Shown one piece after another: positions 12,436-24,008 of a stretch of DNA of 64,000 bases. Location of the stretch: assembly GCA_031539225.1 (NCBI GenBank), contig JAVKLJ010000001.1, positions 19,791-83,790 on the forward strand, read 5' to 3'. How positions within the stretch are numbered: position 1 is the stretch's first letter; each line of letters starts with the position of its first letter. The DNA is from Patescibacteria group bacterium (lineage in GTDB: Bacteria; Patescibacteriota; Gracilibacteria; BD1-5; UBA2023). Both the position numbers and the translations under genes were made by a program. A model generated the notes under the pieces. That model did not search any database, was not told the origin of the DNA, and saw nothing but the letters and a program-made list of their open reading frames with translations.

Positions 12436-13929
12436 ATGCTCCACGAAGAAAGTCTCGGAAAAAAATTTGTGAATCGAGGTTTTTGGCTCTATGCCTTTAC
12501 CTTTTTGATATGACCCCTTGGTTATATTACAAAAATGATTATATCACGAGATCTCAGCGTAAGTGAGGTATGAGTTATTTATGGTGTTATCAGTTTTGTA
12601 ACCCTGATATCTACCTATAATGACCTTGGCTGCACAGAAAGTCTCAACTACTTTCTTCCAAAACATATCATCAATAAAACATACGGAAAAGCAAAATACC
12701 TCCTGGGGCTCACCCTCAAAATCCAGACAATTACCAGTATATTCCTCTGTTTGACACTATTTTTTATAGCACCATGGCTTGCTCGAGTATATTTCTGAAA
12801 TACTGAAATAGTAACAATACTGAGAATTTCATGACTCTATTTTATTGGTGTGAATATTTTTCATATTGTTGGAATACTCTTCTCGATTGCACAGGATACG
12901 AAACTCCAGAAGTGAGTGGAACTCGTGCGGATTTTATCTGTTACTATAGCTGTAAGTATACTCTATTTTTCAGAAAGTGGTAACACAGAACGATATATGT
13001 GGGCATGGGTAGCTGGACTTTTTATTGCCATTCTCTTTGCAATTTATTGGGCATATAACAAATATTATAAAACATATTTCTCTGGTATAGAATCTATTTT
13101 AGATACGGAAGAAAGGAAGGCATTTTTTAAGTACTCTTTTGCAACACTTCTAACGAGCAATATCTGAATGGTGCTCTCACAAGTAGATATGCAGATGATT
13201 ATCTACATTCTCTGAGCTGAGGCAACGGGATATTATTCAAATTACCTTTCACTCATGAATATCCCATTCATGTTTATTAGTCCTATTATAGCCTTTCTCT
13301 TCCCCGTGATATCTGAGCTCAATTCGAGAAATGATACTATAAAAATGCGTATGCTTTGTGGAAGATTTACACTCTACTTCAGTATAATTGGAATATGGAT
13401 ATCTGTTTTTATGTTTCAGATGTGAGAAGATCTTGCATCCATATTCTTTTCTGAAAAATTTAGAATGTCAGGAATCATTCTTGCTTACTCATCACTCTTT
13501 CTCTGTTTCAATCTTCTTATACAAGTAAATTTTCAGTTTCTTGCAGGAACATGACAGATACAATCTCGCGCGAGAATACTCATGACGATACTTCCTATAA
13601 ATATCATTCTCAATTATATATTCATCCACCTTTACGGTGTTGCTGGTTCTGCTCTTGCTGTCGGGCTCTCTTGGATACCGCTCTGGTATCTCTCATATAG
13701 AGCAACGCGAGAATATCATGAAGCAATCCCCATTCTTGATATCCTAAAAAATATCATCCTAGCACTCTGTGCGTACGGTATTATTTACTTTTGAAGTTCT
13801 TTTCTTTATATCAGCAATACGATTCTCTTACTTTGCTTTGCAGTTTTGATAAATTTGCTTATATTTCTCCCTGGAAATCTCAAAATAATTCAAGAATTTA
13901 TCTGAATTATCAAAGAAAGTAGAAAATAA
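12436..13929 (+). CDS. MOP-superfamily polysaccharide/lipid-linked oligosaccharide flippase (Wzx/MurJ-like)
   Basis: About 497 aa and multi-TM throughout. Fragments 12916 and 13582 are in frame with the ATG at 12436. The sequence is a typical polysaccharide-biosynthesis protein (..LLTSNIGMVLSQVDMQMI..GYYSNYLSL..). Confidence 0.7.
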
Positions 13930-13947
13930 TTCTTTATCCCCTTTATC

Positions 13948-16900
13948 ATGCTCCAACTCATACTTGCTGGAATAGGCTTTGCCCTATGGGCACTCCATAC
14001 TATACTTACCTATTATTCAACTTCGTATAGCCCTATCAATCATATAGAACAAACGACGGGATATGGGGCATATCTCGTTTCTCTCGTTGTAGTATATCTT
14101 CTCTATAAGGGGCATTCTATTTTTATAGCCAAAAAAAAGGAAGTCGTATTTCATTTTTGGAATATACTCGGATTTATTGTTCTCCAAATTGCCGTACTAT
14201 CAATTGCATTTAGTGCAAACACTCCAACACTGATGGGATGAATCTCTCCATCAAGTATGGTGTTATTTTTTCATATACTCGGATTTTCGATATATCCGCT
14301 CATTCTCCTACTCCTTTGGAGAGTAGTGTGATATACAATACTTCAATGCGCATTCAAGAATTGGTCATCACAGTTTTTGAGACTCCGAGTTCCAGCAGAG
14401 ATAGCAATAGGAATTCTTGTGTTCACGACAGGACTCATTTGACTTTGAGAATTTTGACTCTATACCACGACAGGACTCATTTGACTTCTGATTGTTCTCG
14501 GGACTATAGGATGGAATGGATGGAAAGAAACATATAAAAATATCTTCGAATCGAAGATCATATTTCCAGCACACTCAAAAGAAAGTGGACTCATAGAACT
14601 CATCAATCCAAGACTCTTGTCAGCTGAATTTGCTTTTATGATGCTGAGCTTTCTTGTGTGAGTTTCACTCATTAGTATAATACGACCGATGCCTATAGGA
14701 TGGGATGATCTCTGAGTATATATGAACTTCCCAAAAATGATGGCACTTTCAGGAAATCTTCTTGAATGAGCTGGTATGTATACATGGCAACTCATTACTG
14801 GAACTGGATTTTTATTCTCAAATATATACGGTTCAACAAATCTCGCAACGCAAGCATTTTATGTTAATCAACTCGGATGAATCCTTGCAATAATTTCGAT
14901 TATATGTGGGCTCTCTCTTTTATTTGAATCAAAAGAAAGAAAATATTTACTCGCACTTCCGATTATTTTTGCACTCGTATTTTATGCTATGCCGATGAAT
15001 ATATTTCAGCAAGCAAAAGATATGAAACTTGATCCTGCTCTCCTCTGAGTGAGTATAGCATGACTTTCAATACTGATTTCTGGATGGAAAAAAGAGTACT
15101 CACAAAAGGAATCAATTCCATTTATTCTCATTGCATGAGTCATTATATGACTCGCATTTACTGTGAAATTCACTACTCTCATGCTCATACTTTGAGCATT
15201 ATGACTTATCGCATATAGGAGTCTCTCTTTATGTGGATTTATGTCATTCTTTTTTCTCTTTCTTGGTATATTTACAAAGCTTGGGCTTTGGACACAGCTC
15301 AATGTATGGATGCCTTCTGATCCAGCTCTTCTAGGTACAGTATCATTTTCACTCCTTGCTCTTGGAGGTATATTTTGATGAATTGGTATATGGAAACATG
15401 GTATGAGCAAATGAAAAACATGGATATATACAAGCCTCGTATTCCTCATCGGAGTAGTCATAGGACTCACTCCATGGATCATAAAAAATACAGCTGAGAT
15501 GCAACCATGGAGTGCCTATAAAACCATCGGTATGAAAGCATCGGTGATGAACTCAATACTCAGTGGATCTGGAGGTTCATATATTCCAGACTATACAAAA
15601 ATTTACTCAACAAAGGAATACGAAGATAGACAGAAAAAACTCTCCGATGTATGAATCACTGGAAGTGGACAATCCCAAAACGAAGACATGGGAAGATATT
15701 TTGGATACGATAAATGAATCAATAACTACCTAAAACTTCCCGCAAATCTCACATTCCAGAAAAATCAAGCTGGTGAATTTACGGATATTACTTATATTTT
15801 TCTTGCATTTATCCCAGCAATCTTCCTGTTTGCTCGATGAAGAAAATATATATTTCCAGTTTTTGTAGGTATAATAATGCTATTTCTTTACTTCTACTAT
15901 TTTCATGAAGCAACAAGAATATTCTTTGGAAATATTTTCAATATAGAAAATCTTCTTGTATGATATGCTGTTCTTTGATGTATAAATATTGCTTGGGTGC
16001 TTCTTGTATTTTTCGGACTTTCAGACAAACACGAGGAAAATGAAAAAATCAAAGAAATTTCTATACTCCTAGCAGTCTATGGTTTTCTCTTCCTCATAAG
16101 TGCATTCGGAATTGTATGGTATGGTATAGTCGTATACTATCTTTTCTTTATTCTCATAGGACTTGCTGGAAGTAGTTTTCTGAGCTATACAGATAAAGAA
16201 CATAAAGATGAAAACCACTTCAGCGTACAAGTCACTATTGCTCTCGTATTTGCAATATTTATTCTTGTATATTTTCTCCGTTCAGCATTCCCACATGGTT
16301 GGAATAACCTCAAAGAGTCATCTGGATATGGAGAATTCAAATATGGACTCCTCTCCCAAGAGGAAGCAATATTCGGGTATAGACAAGACTATACAACTTC
16401 GATTGCTTCGATGAATATTAGTCACACTGATAAGCTTATAGAAAAAGCCAAAAATGAAGCAAAAACAGAAAAACTCAAAACACTTTTTGCATCTGAAAAG
16501 CTTCAATGAATATCTATACATGATTTTATATCTCTTCTGTTTTCTCTCGGAACAACAAAAGATATAGCAATAAGAAATGATGCAAAAAATGTTGCAAACT
16601 TTACTTATAAATCTATCCTCTACCCAAAAACATATGCTCCAGAATTGGTAAATACAGGTGGGATTTATCGTATTGGAACATTTATGACATATTTAATCAA
16701 TGAAAATAGAAAACGATATCTTGATGATAGTCTCATATTTTCATTCGATACATTTTTCTACGATACAAATCCAGATGTGACTGTAGAAAGAATGAAAAAA
16801 CTCGGGCTCAAATATCTCCTCGTAGATCTCAATGCAGCAACGATAGATAAAGATCCTCGCCATGTTCTCACAGATAGGTTTGAAAAACTTCTCAAAACTA

Positions 16901-17268
16901 TGCGATCTGAAAAACTCACACTCGTTGATACTGATAGTATCTGTCTCAGACTCGCAATAGATGAATCGAAAAGGTGACTCCTGAAAACAGATGATGAATT
17001 TATAAATCTTGGTGGAACAAACTACGAAAGTTACCGAAACCAGAGTGGTACACTCATGCAAATGGGGCGATGACAAAAACAAGCTTATTGTTTTAATTAT
17101 ATCCTCAAAAAAATTGCTACAGAAAATCCTGATACTCTTTATGAATATCTCATTCCAATTCGTGAGGCTATAAAAAATTCTTGAGCAGATACAGACGAAA
17201 AAAAGCTCCAACAAATATTTAGTCAGTATATCTGACAAAGTTGGTTCACTCTCTTCGAGATACAATAA
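13948..17268 (+). CDS. 1106-aa polytopic membrane protein with a C-terminal soluble domain; possible GT-C-fold glycosyltransferase
   Basis: Fragments 13948, 15997 and 16645 are in one frame. I translated 14239-16000 codon by codon: it has many TGAs and no TAA/TAG. It has over 15 hydrophobic segments. A loop motif RPMPIGWDDLGVYMNFP resembles the acidic first-loop motif of GT-C enzymes. The CDS call is firm; the function call is weak. Confidence 0.8.
14424..14487 (+). repeat. In-frame 22-nt direct repeat (two copies 42 nt apart) inside the membrane protein
   Basis: cacgacaggactcatttgactt occurs at 14424-14445 and again at 14466-14487. Each copy encodes TTGLIGL, with the second Gly as TGA. Confidence 0.9.
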
Positions 17269-17271
17269 ATA

Positions 17272-17300
17272 GAAAAACTCCCATATTATGGGAGTTTTTC
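17272..17300. terminator. Bidirectional hairpin shared by the convergent membrane-protein gene and murD
   Basis: gaaaaactccca-tatta-tgggagtttttc. It starts 4 nt after the TAA at 17266-17268 and overlaps the last murD codons. Confidence 0.6.
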
Positions 17301-18587
17301 TATAGCATCTCGGAACTGATGTGCTCGATCGAGATAATCGCGAAAGAGTCAAAATGATGCACAACCAGGTGAAAGCATGAGAATATCACCAAATTTCTTT
17401 TTCTCATAAAGCCAACCCACTCATTCATCGAGAGAATCAGTCGCAACATAGGGGATGTTTTCTTGTTTTGCAATTTGGATAAATTTTTCCTTTGTAGCAC
17501 CTATACATACCATTGCCTTGACTCGATTATGAAACTTTTTTGCAAGATGAAGAAATGAATCACCCTTATCAGAACCACCAACTATCAATAAGAGATTTTT
17601 CGTATTTCCATATGCTCCGAGAGCCGCTTCTAAACTCTGGCTTGATGTAGATTTTGAATCCTCTACAAAGATGACTCCATTTTTTTCTCAAACCTTTTCG
17701 AGCCTATGAGGAAGTCCATAGATTTCAGCTATATACTTCTTTACTCGTTTTGAGCATATTTTCATTTCATTTGCAATGATACCTACAGAGAGGAGATTCA
17801 TGGCATTATGAAATCCAGAAAAATGGGTTTCAGAAAGTTTATATTTTTTCCTGCCAGAAATCACGATATTTTCGCCATCTGTCTTATCTTTCCCTTCTCA
17901 CTGAAATATACGAATATTCTCTGGAATTTTGATTTTTAGAGAATTTTCACGAGTAAAGTCGAGAATTTGATTATTGAGAACTGCTCTTTTTTTTGTATGC
18001 AATAAGAGATTCATCTTTGCATCAAGATATTCCTGAAGATCTCTATGCCAGTTGAGATGATCAGATTTAAAATTTGTAAATAGCGAAAAATCAGACATAA
18101 ATTCACGAAGCATGTATGACATAAAACTCGAAATTTCTATAACAATATATCATTTTTTCTCTCATTTTTTGAGAATATCGAGAACTGTCGCTGAAAATGG
18201 AATATCAAAATTCCCTGAAAGATAGACTGGGAAATTTTTTCCATTTTTTGTTACGGTTTTGTTACAATTTTCTTTGACAGAATACTCCTTATGTAGTATA
18301 TTATACATCATCCAACTCGTTGTAGATTTACCATCAGTTCCGGTAATGGATATAATTCTAAAAGATTTAGGCAAAAATCTATATGCAAAATCAAGCTCTG
18401 AAAGGATTTTCCCAGTTTGATAAATCGGATGAGTTCCTGGAACTCATGGCGAAGGGATGATGTACTCGTAGACATCGTATGATAGAGGTGCCCTAGTATC
18501 ATCAACCATCTGATATGAAATATTTTGGTATTCACACAGGCTTGCGAGAGCATTACCCACCTTACCACTTCAGTAAATTAAAATCAT
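17286..18587 (-). CDS. murD: UDP-N-acetylmuramoylalanine--D-glutamate ligase MurD
   Basis: ISITGTDGKSTTS, TNFKSDHLNWH, HRLEKV, VEDSKSTS and LSPGCASFGLF..RAHQF. Fragments 17898-18122 and 18162-18374 are in frame with the ATG at 18587. TAA stop at 17286. Confidence 0.88.
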
Positions 18588-18644
18588 ATGTTTAGTATAA
18601 GAAAAAAACATAAAGTACAAATCCTAAATGAGAAAGATGGTTTT

Positions 18645-20369
18645 ATGTCGTGAGTTGCAGAAATACACACCAGTGATATAGACGCTCTGAGAAAAGAAAG
18701 TCATATAACGAGAATGCAATTAAGTATTCCGAAAACTATTGAATCCATAATCAATCTGACACCACAAGAAGAAATAGAAGAACAAATTCGCCTACATTTT
18801 CCTAATCGATGAGCAACAAAAAAACTTCATAGTTTTTTAATGAAGCATCGATATGTATTTACAGACCTCATACGAGTCATGCATAGATACCGAAAGAATG
18901 ACTCGATAAAATGATGGCACATTGATGATAATAATATTCCAAAAATACAACAAATATTCCTTTTTCGTGGACGCGAAGAAGATTTATGAGAAGAAATAGC
19001 ATCTTTTATAGAACTCATAACAACAAACTCGGATTTCATAGAGTTTACATCAAAACAAGATTCGATATTTGATATAGGTTCTTATGACTTTTCTCTATGA
19101 ATGAGAAACCATGATAATCAATTTGATATAAAAAAAGCGAAGAAAAATATCCGAAAGCTCATCATTACAGGAATGATAGGCAATATTCAATGATGCACTG
19201 AAGCAAATCTTGAACATCACTTTTGATTGATGAAAGATAAGATTTTTAAGTATATTAATGAAATTTATTGAGTGTATCTTAGCGATATAGAATGGGTAAC
19301 AACTCTGGAACAACTCACATGCGAACTTGCCAAACTCTTTGAAACAGGAAAAGGAAACAATAGAAAAAGGGCATGGAGAATGGTACAAGCATTTCATTGG
19401 TGAGATATTGTAGATATAGAATATCGTTACAGTAAAACCAAAGAACGCCTTTCTGATGTTGCTGAAAAACTCAATAAAAATGGGATAAACATAAATATGA
19501 ATGAATTATCTCACTCAACAAATGTACAGTGAGTAGAAATATGGTCAGCACCATGGGAATTTAAAGGAAAAATAATAATTGTGTCATGGAGAGCAAAAAC
19601 CCCAAAAAGCATGATAAAAAAACTCAGCTGAACAGAAGAGTATGTACGAACAACTTCTATTCGAGATGAGTTATGAATTTCATTTACTTACGATGATAAT
19701 ACGCCTTCGGAAGATATAGTAGAAATAATGAAATTATGATCAAATATGCTCGCGGATCATGGGTATATACTCAAAAACAAATGAGAAATCAATGATGATA
19801 AAATATTTCAGGAATTAATGGAAAATTCACCGAAAAAACCGCTTTTCTCAAATCAAGAACCATGATGAAATCCAAATATGCAAAATGCAAGTCAAAGTGG
19901 ATTTATGAGTATATGACGAGGGAGAAAAAAAGAAGCAATCGGATGTGAAATACAGTATAGTAAAAAATGATGAATGGATTGGAAAAAGAAAGAAGATATT
20001 ATATATAAACTCAAGGAAGCCATCAAGGCATGAATGAGATGAGCAGAACAAGCATCACCAAAAGAAATATTCGATGAATTTACACGAGAAATTCATAGAA
20101 ATGAACTCATAAATATATGTAATCCTGATACTGGTAAAAGTCTTTGAATATCAAGTTACAATGAGCTCATGAAGTATTTTATAGAAAAAAATTTTATCAT
20201 TCCTCATTTTTGAGTTTATAATGAGAAAACTATACTCCTATTTACAACAGGAACATATATGCTGACTTTTGAGAGAAAATGGAATATGCGACCACTAATA
20301 AAATCTATAAATAAGGAAGAATACGATAAAATGATTGCTGTTATAGATTGATTAACAGAAACTCATTAA
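18645..20369 (+). CDS. Hypothetical 574-aa protein with a central RelA/SpoT-like (alarmone-synthetase-fold) motif set; invisible under the standard code
   Basis: Continuous frame from the ATG at 18645 to the TAA at 20367, with about 24 TGA codons and no other stop. The ORF track shows no plus-strand ORF here. Motifs occur in the order WRAKTPKSMIKKL .. SIRDELGISF .. SQSGFMSIG .. AIGCEIQY, matching the RSH synthetase blocks R.K...S...KL / D..G.R / GY.S.H / E.Q. Confidence 0.7.
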
Positions 20370-21061
20370 TAAAAATCTTTCCTTTTCATCCACTCACCAA
20401 ACTTTCTCGCAGCCTCAACTCCTGGATCAATTAGATCTGGGAGTTTTTTATTTCTTTTAATATAATATTTTTCTATAGAGTTCCGAATAAGTGGATAATG
20501 CGTACACCCGAGAACAAGCGCTTCAATATCAGAAGAAAAATGACTGAGATACACATCAAGTAAGCCATCTATCTGATCTCACTCTACAATCCCCTGCTCA
20601 ATCAAAGGAACGAGTCAAGGGGCAGAGATTTCTTCGACCGAGACAGAATCATCGAGAATATGCACTCGTTCCTTGTACATACGAGTTCTCACAGTTGCCT
20701 CTGTGGCGAGTACACCAATCTTTTTATATCACCCTTCGACGACAGCTTCCGCACCAGGAACTGTCACTCAGAGAATATGTCTTCAGGAATATACTTCTTG
20801 CTGAAGCCACCTGAGTGCATGGACACTTGCAGTATTACAGGCAAGTATGATGACATCTGCTCATCTCTCAAAAAGTCTTTCTACTCAAGCTTTTGTCAGT
20901 CTTCGTATCTCATCTTGTGTCTTATCTCCATATGGTGCATTTTCTCTATCCATTTCGAGGATCATATCTATATTAGGAAAGTATGACTGAAAAACCTCCA
21001 TAACGAGTTTTCATCAAAGTCACGAATCAAAAAATCAGATACACAGATTAGATTTTTGCAT
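20366..21061 (-). CDS. murI: Glutamate racemase MurI
   Basis: IGFFDSGLGG (three of these Gly are TGA), ILACNTAS and VLGCTHYPL. 231 aa. Its stop overlaps the stop of the convergent 18645-20369 gene within TTAA. Confidence 0.92.
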
Positions 21062-21090
21062 AAAAAAAATCGGGGATTATGTCCCCGATT
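21062..21090 (-). terminator. Rho-independent terminator after secD
   Basis: aatcgggga-ttatg-tccccgatt. On the minus strand the stem is followed by a run of 8 U. Confidence 0.6.
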
Positions 21091-21115
21091 GTATGAAACT
21101 TTGATTCTTTTACAA

Positions 21116-22813
21116 TTATTTCTTATATCCGATAAATGCGAAAGTTTTATGATGCATTTTCTTCGCTGTCACCTCGATAAGGACTCGACTCACCCACATA
21201 GCAGTAAAAAGTGAGAGGACGATACCGAGACCGAGCATAAGACCGAATCATTTAATGAGAGATATACCGAATATATAGAGAATAGCAGCCGATGTCAATG
21301 AAGTAATATGAGAATCCCAAATTGCTGTCCATGATTTTTCAAAACCAATATGTGTTGCTTTTTCGAGAGGATGTCCTTCACGGAGTGCTTCACGCATTCT
21401 CTCGAATATGAGGATATTTGCATCGATGGCAAGACCGATCGAGAGGATGATACCAGCGATAGAAGCAAGTGTGAGAACAGGACCAAAAAGTTTTACAAGG
21501 GCAACAAGGATCAGTGTATAAATCACGAGAGCCACTCCAGCGAGAAGTCAACTTATATGATAGAAATAAGTCAGAAACGCTATAATGAGACCGAGACCAA
21601 TGAGACCTGCGAGAAGAATCTCTGAAAGTGCATGAGAACCAATTTTAGCATCAATCGTTCGTTCACTTGTGAGGTATATAGGAGCAGGAACAATACCAGT
21701 ATTGATATCATTTGCGAGTTTTTGTGCTGATTGTACAGTATAGTCACCAGTGATGACAGCTCGACCATCAGGTATAACTGCTTGAACTGTAGGAGCTGTG
21801 AGCATCTGTCCACCGACAAATATAGCAATCTGCTTCCCTATCAGTCTTTTTGTGAGTTCAGCAAATATCTTTTTTCCTTCCTCATTGAATGTGAGTTCTA
21901 CTTGAGGTTGTCCTCATTGAGTAAAGCCAACCCCAGCACTCACGAGGTATTTATCACCGAGAACTTTTCCATCCTTTGTTTTTGCTTGAGTCCATGAACT
22001 TGCTCGTTCATCTATGAATATGTATGAATATGAATAATTTCCTGTTCCTGTTTTTGAATTAATTTCTACAAGAGCATATCCAGTATTACTCTTGATAGTA
22101 GGATTTCCATCCTGATCCATACTGTATTCTATATTTCCTTGAGTGATAAGTATCGGTGAATGGTATGGGAATTTTTCTACTTTTTCAATTCCAGGAAATG
22201 TAGCTTCTGGAGGAAGACTTCCAGTTCATGATGCAAAGACAACATTTTCATATTGATCACGATATTTTTGTCCTATCGTTGCAAATGGTGTTGTACTCAT
22301 CTCATTCCAAGCCTTATTTGCGAGTTCTTTTCTTTCTTCTCTATCAGAGTCAGTAATATTTGTCTTTGCTTCGCGAAACTCGAGTTGTACAACTTTTCCG
22401 ATAGTTGCTTTTGCTTTTTCAGTATCCTCCGCACTTTTCTTTCTCTTTTCGCTTTCAGAAACATTTCCATAGTCACGAGTAGGAATCTGGACAATGATAT
22501 GAGATTCATCACCATATTTTGCTGTCTGAATTGTTGGTTCCGCGAGACCAAGAGAGTTTACGCGTTTATCGATAACTGACTTGATTCCTTCGATGATATT
22601 TTGTTCACTCCAAGTTGCAGTACCAGTCTGTGATTTGAGTGTTTCAAAATCAACCTTATAATCGAGCTCTACACCTCATTGAAGATCAAGTCCGAGAGTA
22701 TACGGCTTAGCAAGAAATGGTATATCGATACCAAATTTTTCCCATGGTGTAATATATGCAAGCGATAAAACTACGAGAAAAATAACAAAGAAAAATCTAT
22801 GTGAAAGTTTCAT
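21116..22813 (-). CDS. secD: Protein translocase subunit SecD (no adjacent SecF)
   Basis: Fragments 21248-21535, 21548-21805 and 21914-22120 are in frame with the ATG at 22813. It has an N-terminal TM helix, a large periplasmic domain (GGQMLTAPTVQAVI..GRAVITG) and a C-terminal 6-TM block (SIGLAIDANILIFERMREAL). ORF 21248 continues through TGA to the TAA at 21116. Confidence 0.85.
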
Positions 22814-23049
22814 AATTCGAATGGAGTGAGAGAAATAAGAAGAGTGAAACGAATTTTTATTTTCGAACGGAATGCAGAATTTCCCAAAGGATAATTCAAA
22901 TGAAATGAGAGAATAAAAAGATTGTTTGGGCAGATTATAGAAAAAGATAACAATTTTGCAAGGAGACTTTTTGCAAAGAAAAGAAAAATATGTTAGACTC
23001 AGTAAGTATTACAAAATTCAGTATTCTCTATTTTTCTAATTTTCATCAT

Positions 23050-23685
23050 ATGTCACTCGTCGAACAAGCAAAAGAATTTGTCTTCCCACTCCTCGAAAAA
23101 TCATGTGGAGACTATCCATATCACAATCCAAACCATACACAACTCGTCTATAATCGAGCGAGCTATCTCGGGCTCGCAGAGAATGTAAATAGTGAAGACC
23201 TCGAAGATCTCCAGATTGCATGTATTTTTCATGATACTGGCTTCACAGAACAATATGAAAAAAATGAATTTATCGGGGCTCGCATCGCGCGCAAATGGCT
23301 TGAAGAAAAAAACCATCCAAAAGAACGAATCGAAAAAATCGAATGAATCATCATGGCGACAGTACTTTTTTCAAAGCCAAAAAATCTCCTCGAAGAAATC
23401 ATCCAAGATGCTGATCTCGATAATATCGGGACAAAGGAAGAATTTTATTACTCGCTCGATTATCTCGATGAAATCCGCAGAATCGGAAAAATAGAAATGC
23501 CAGATTGCTCATATTGGCAATTCGTCTATACGCTCCTCACGAAATACAAGTTTCACACTCCGACAGCCAAAAAAGAACGCCATGCTCAGCAGCTCCTCGA
23601 TGTAGATCATATGGAAAAATTTCTCAATATGATGAACTGTGAAGTCCCATCTCACGAAGTACATCGTATGTCGAGTGTGCAATAA
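23050..23685 (+). CDS. HD-domain metal-dependent phosphohydrolase
   Basis: YHNPNHTQLV...ACIFHDTGF...QDADLDNIG is an H..HD..D pattern. Fragments 22990 and 23353 are in frame and joined by one TGA. Start taken at MSLVEQAKE (an upstream TTG at 22990 is possible). Confidence 0.75.
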
Positions 23686-24008
23686 TTATCGTTATCTTGG
23701 ATACATTCATTGAAGAATTTTCCATACTGATTGAGCTGATTGAAAGCCTAATGTCATACAATCAACACCATATCTGAGGGTACCAGGTTGCCCAATATGT
23801 CATCTTAGATTTGGAGGAATTGGAGAAAATGGCCATGGACGAGACTCAGTTGATGGTGGTTTAGAAGTATCAGGAGACTTATAGAATAAACTGAAACAGT
23901 TAATATCTTTCAGAGTGAACATAAGAAAAATGGATAAAAATAAACTCTGTTATTGTACCATATTTTTTACATTTACAAGAGTTTGTTTTGATTCTGAATA
24001 TATTGATA

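Noticed and set aside
14424-14487. The 22-nt direct repeat as a CRISPR-like or regulatory repeat.
   Set aside because: There are only two copies, both inside an open reading frame and exactly 14 codons apart. It is an in-frame coding duplication.
16741-17364. 207-aa minus-strand ORF. Similar long antisense ORFs are at 15006-15482, 25460-25927, 25011-25442, 34039-34518 and 35591-36085.
   Set aside because: Each lies opposite a confidently identified plus-strand gene (the membrane protein, groEL, the PfkB kinase, ahcY). Each has a low-complexity Cys/Phe/Ile/Ser-rich composition typical of antisense frames in AT-rich genomes.
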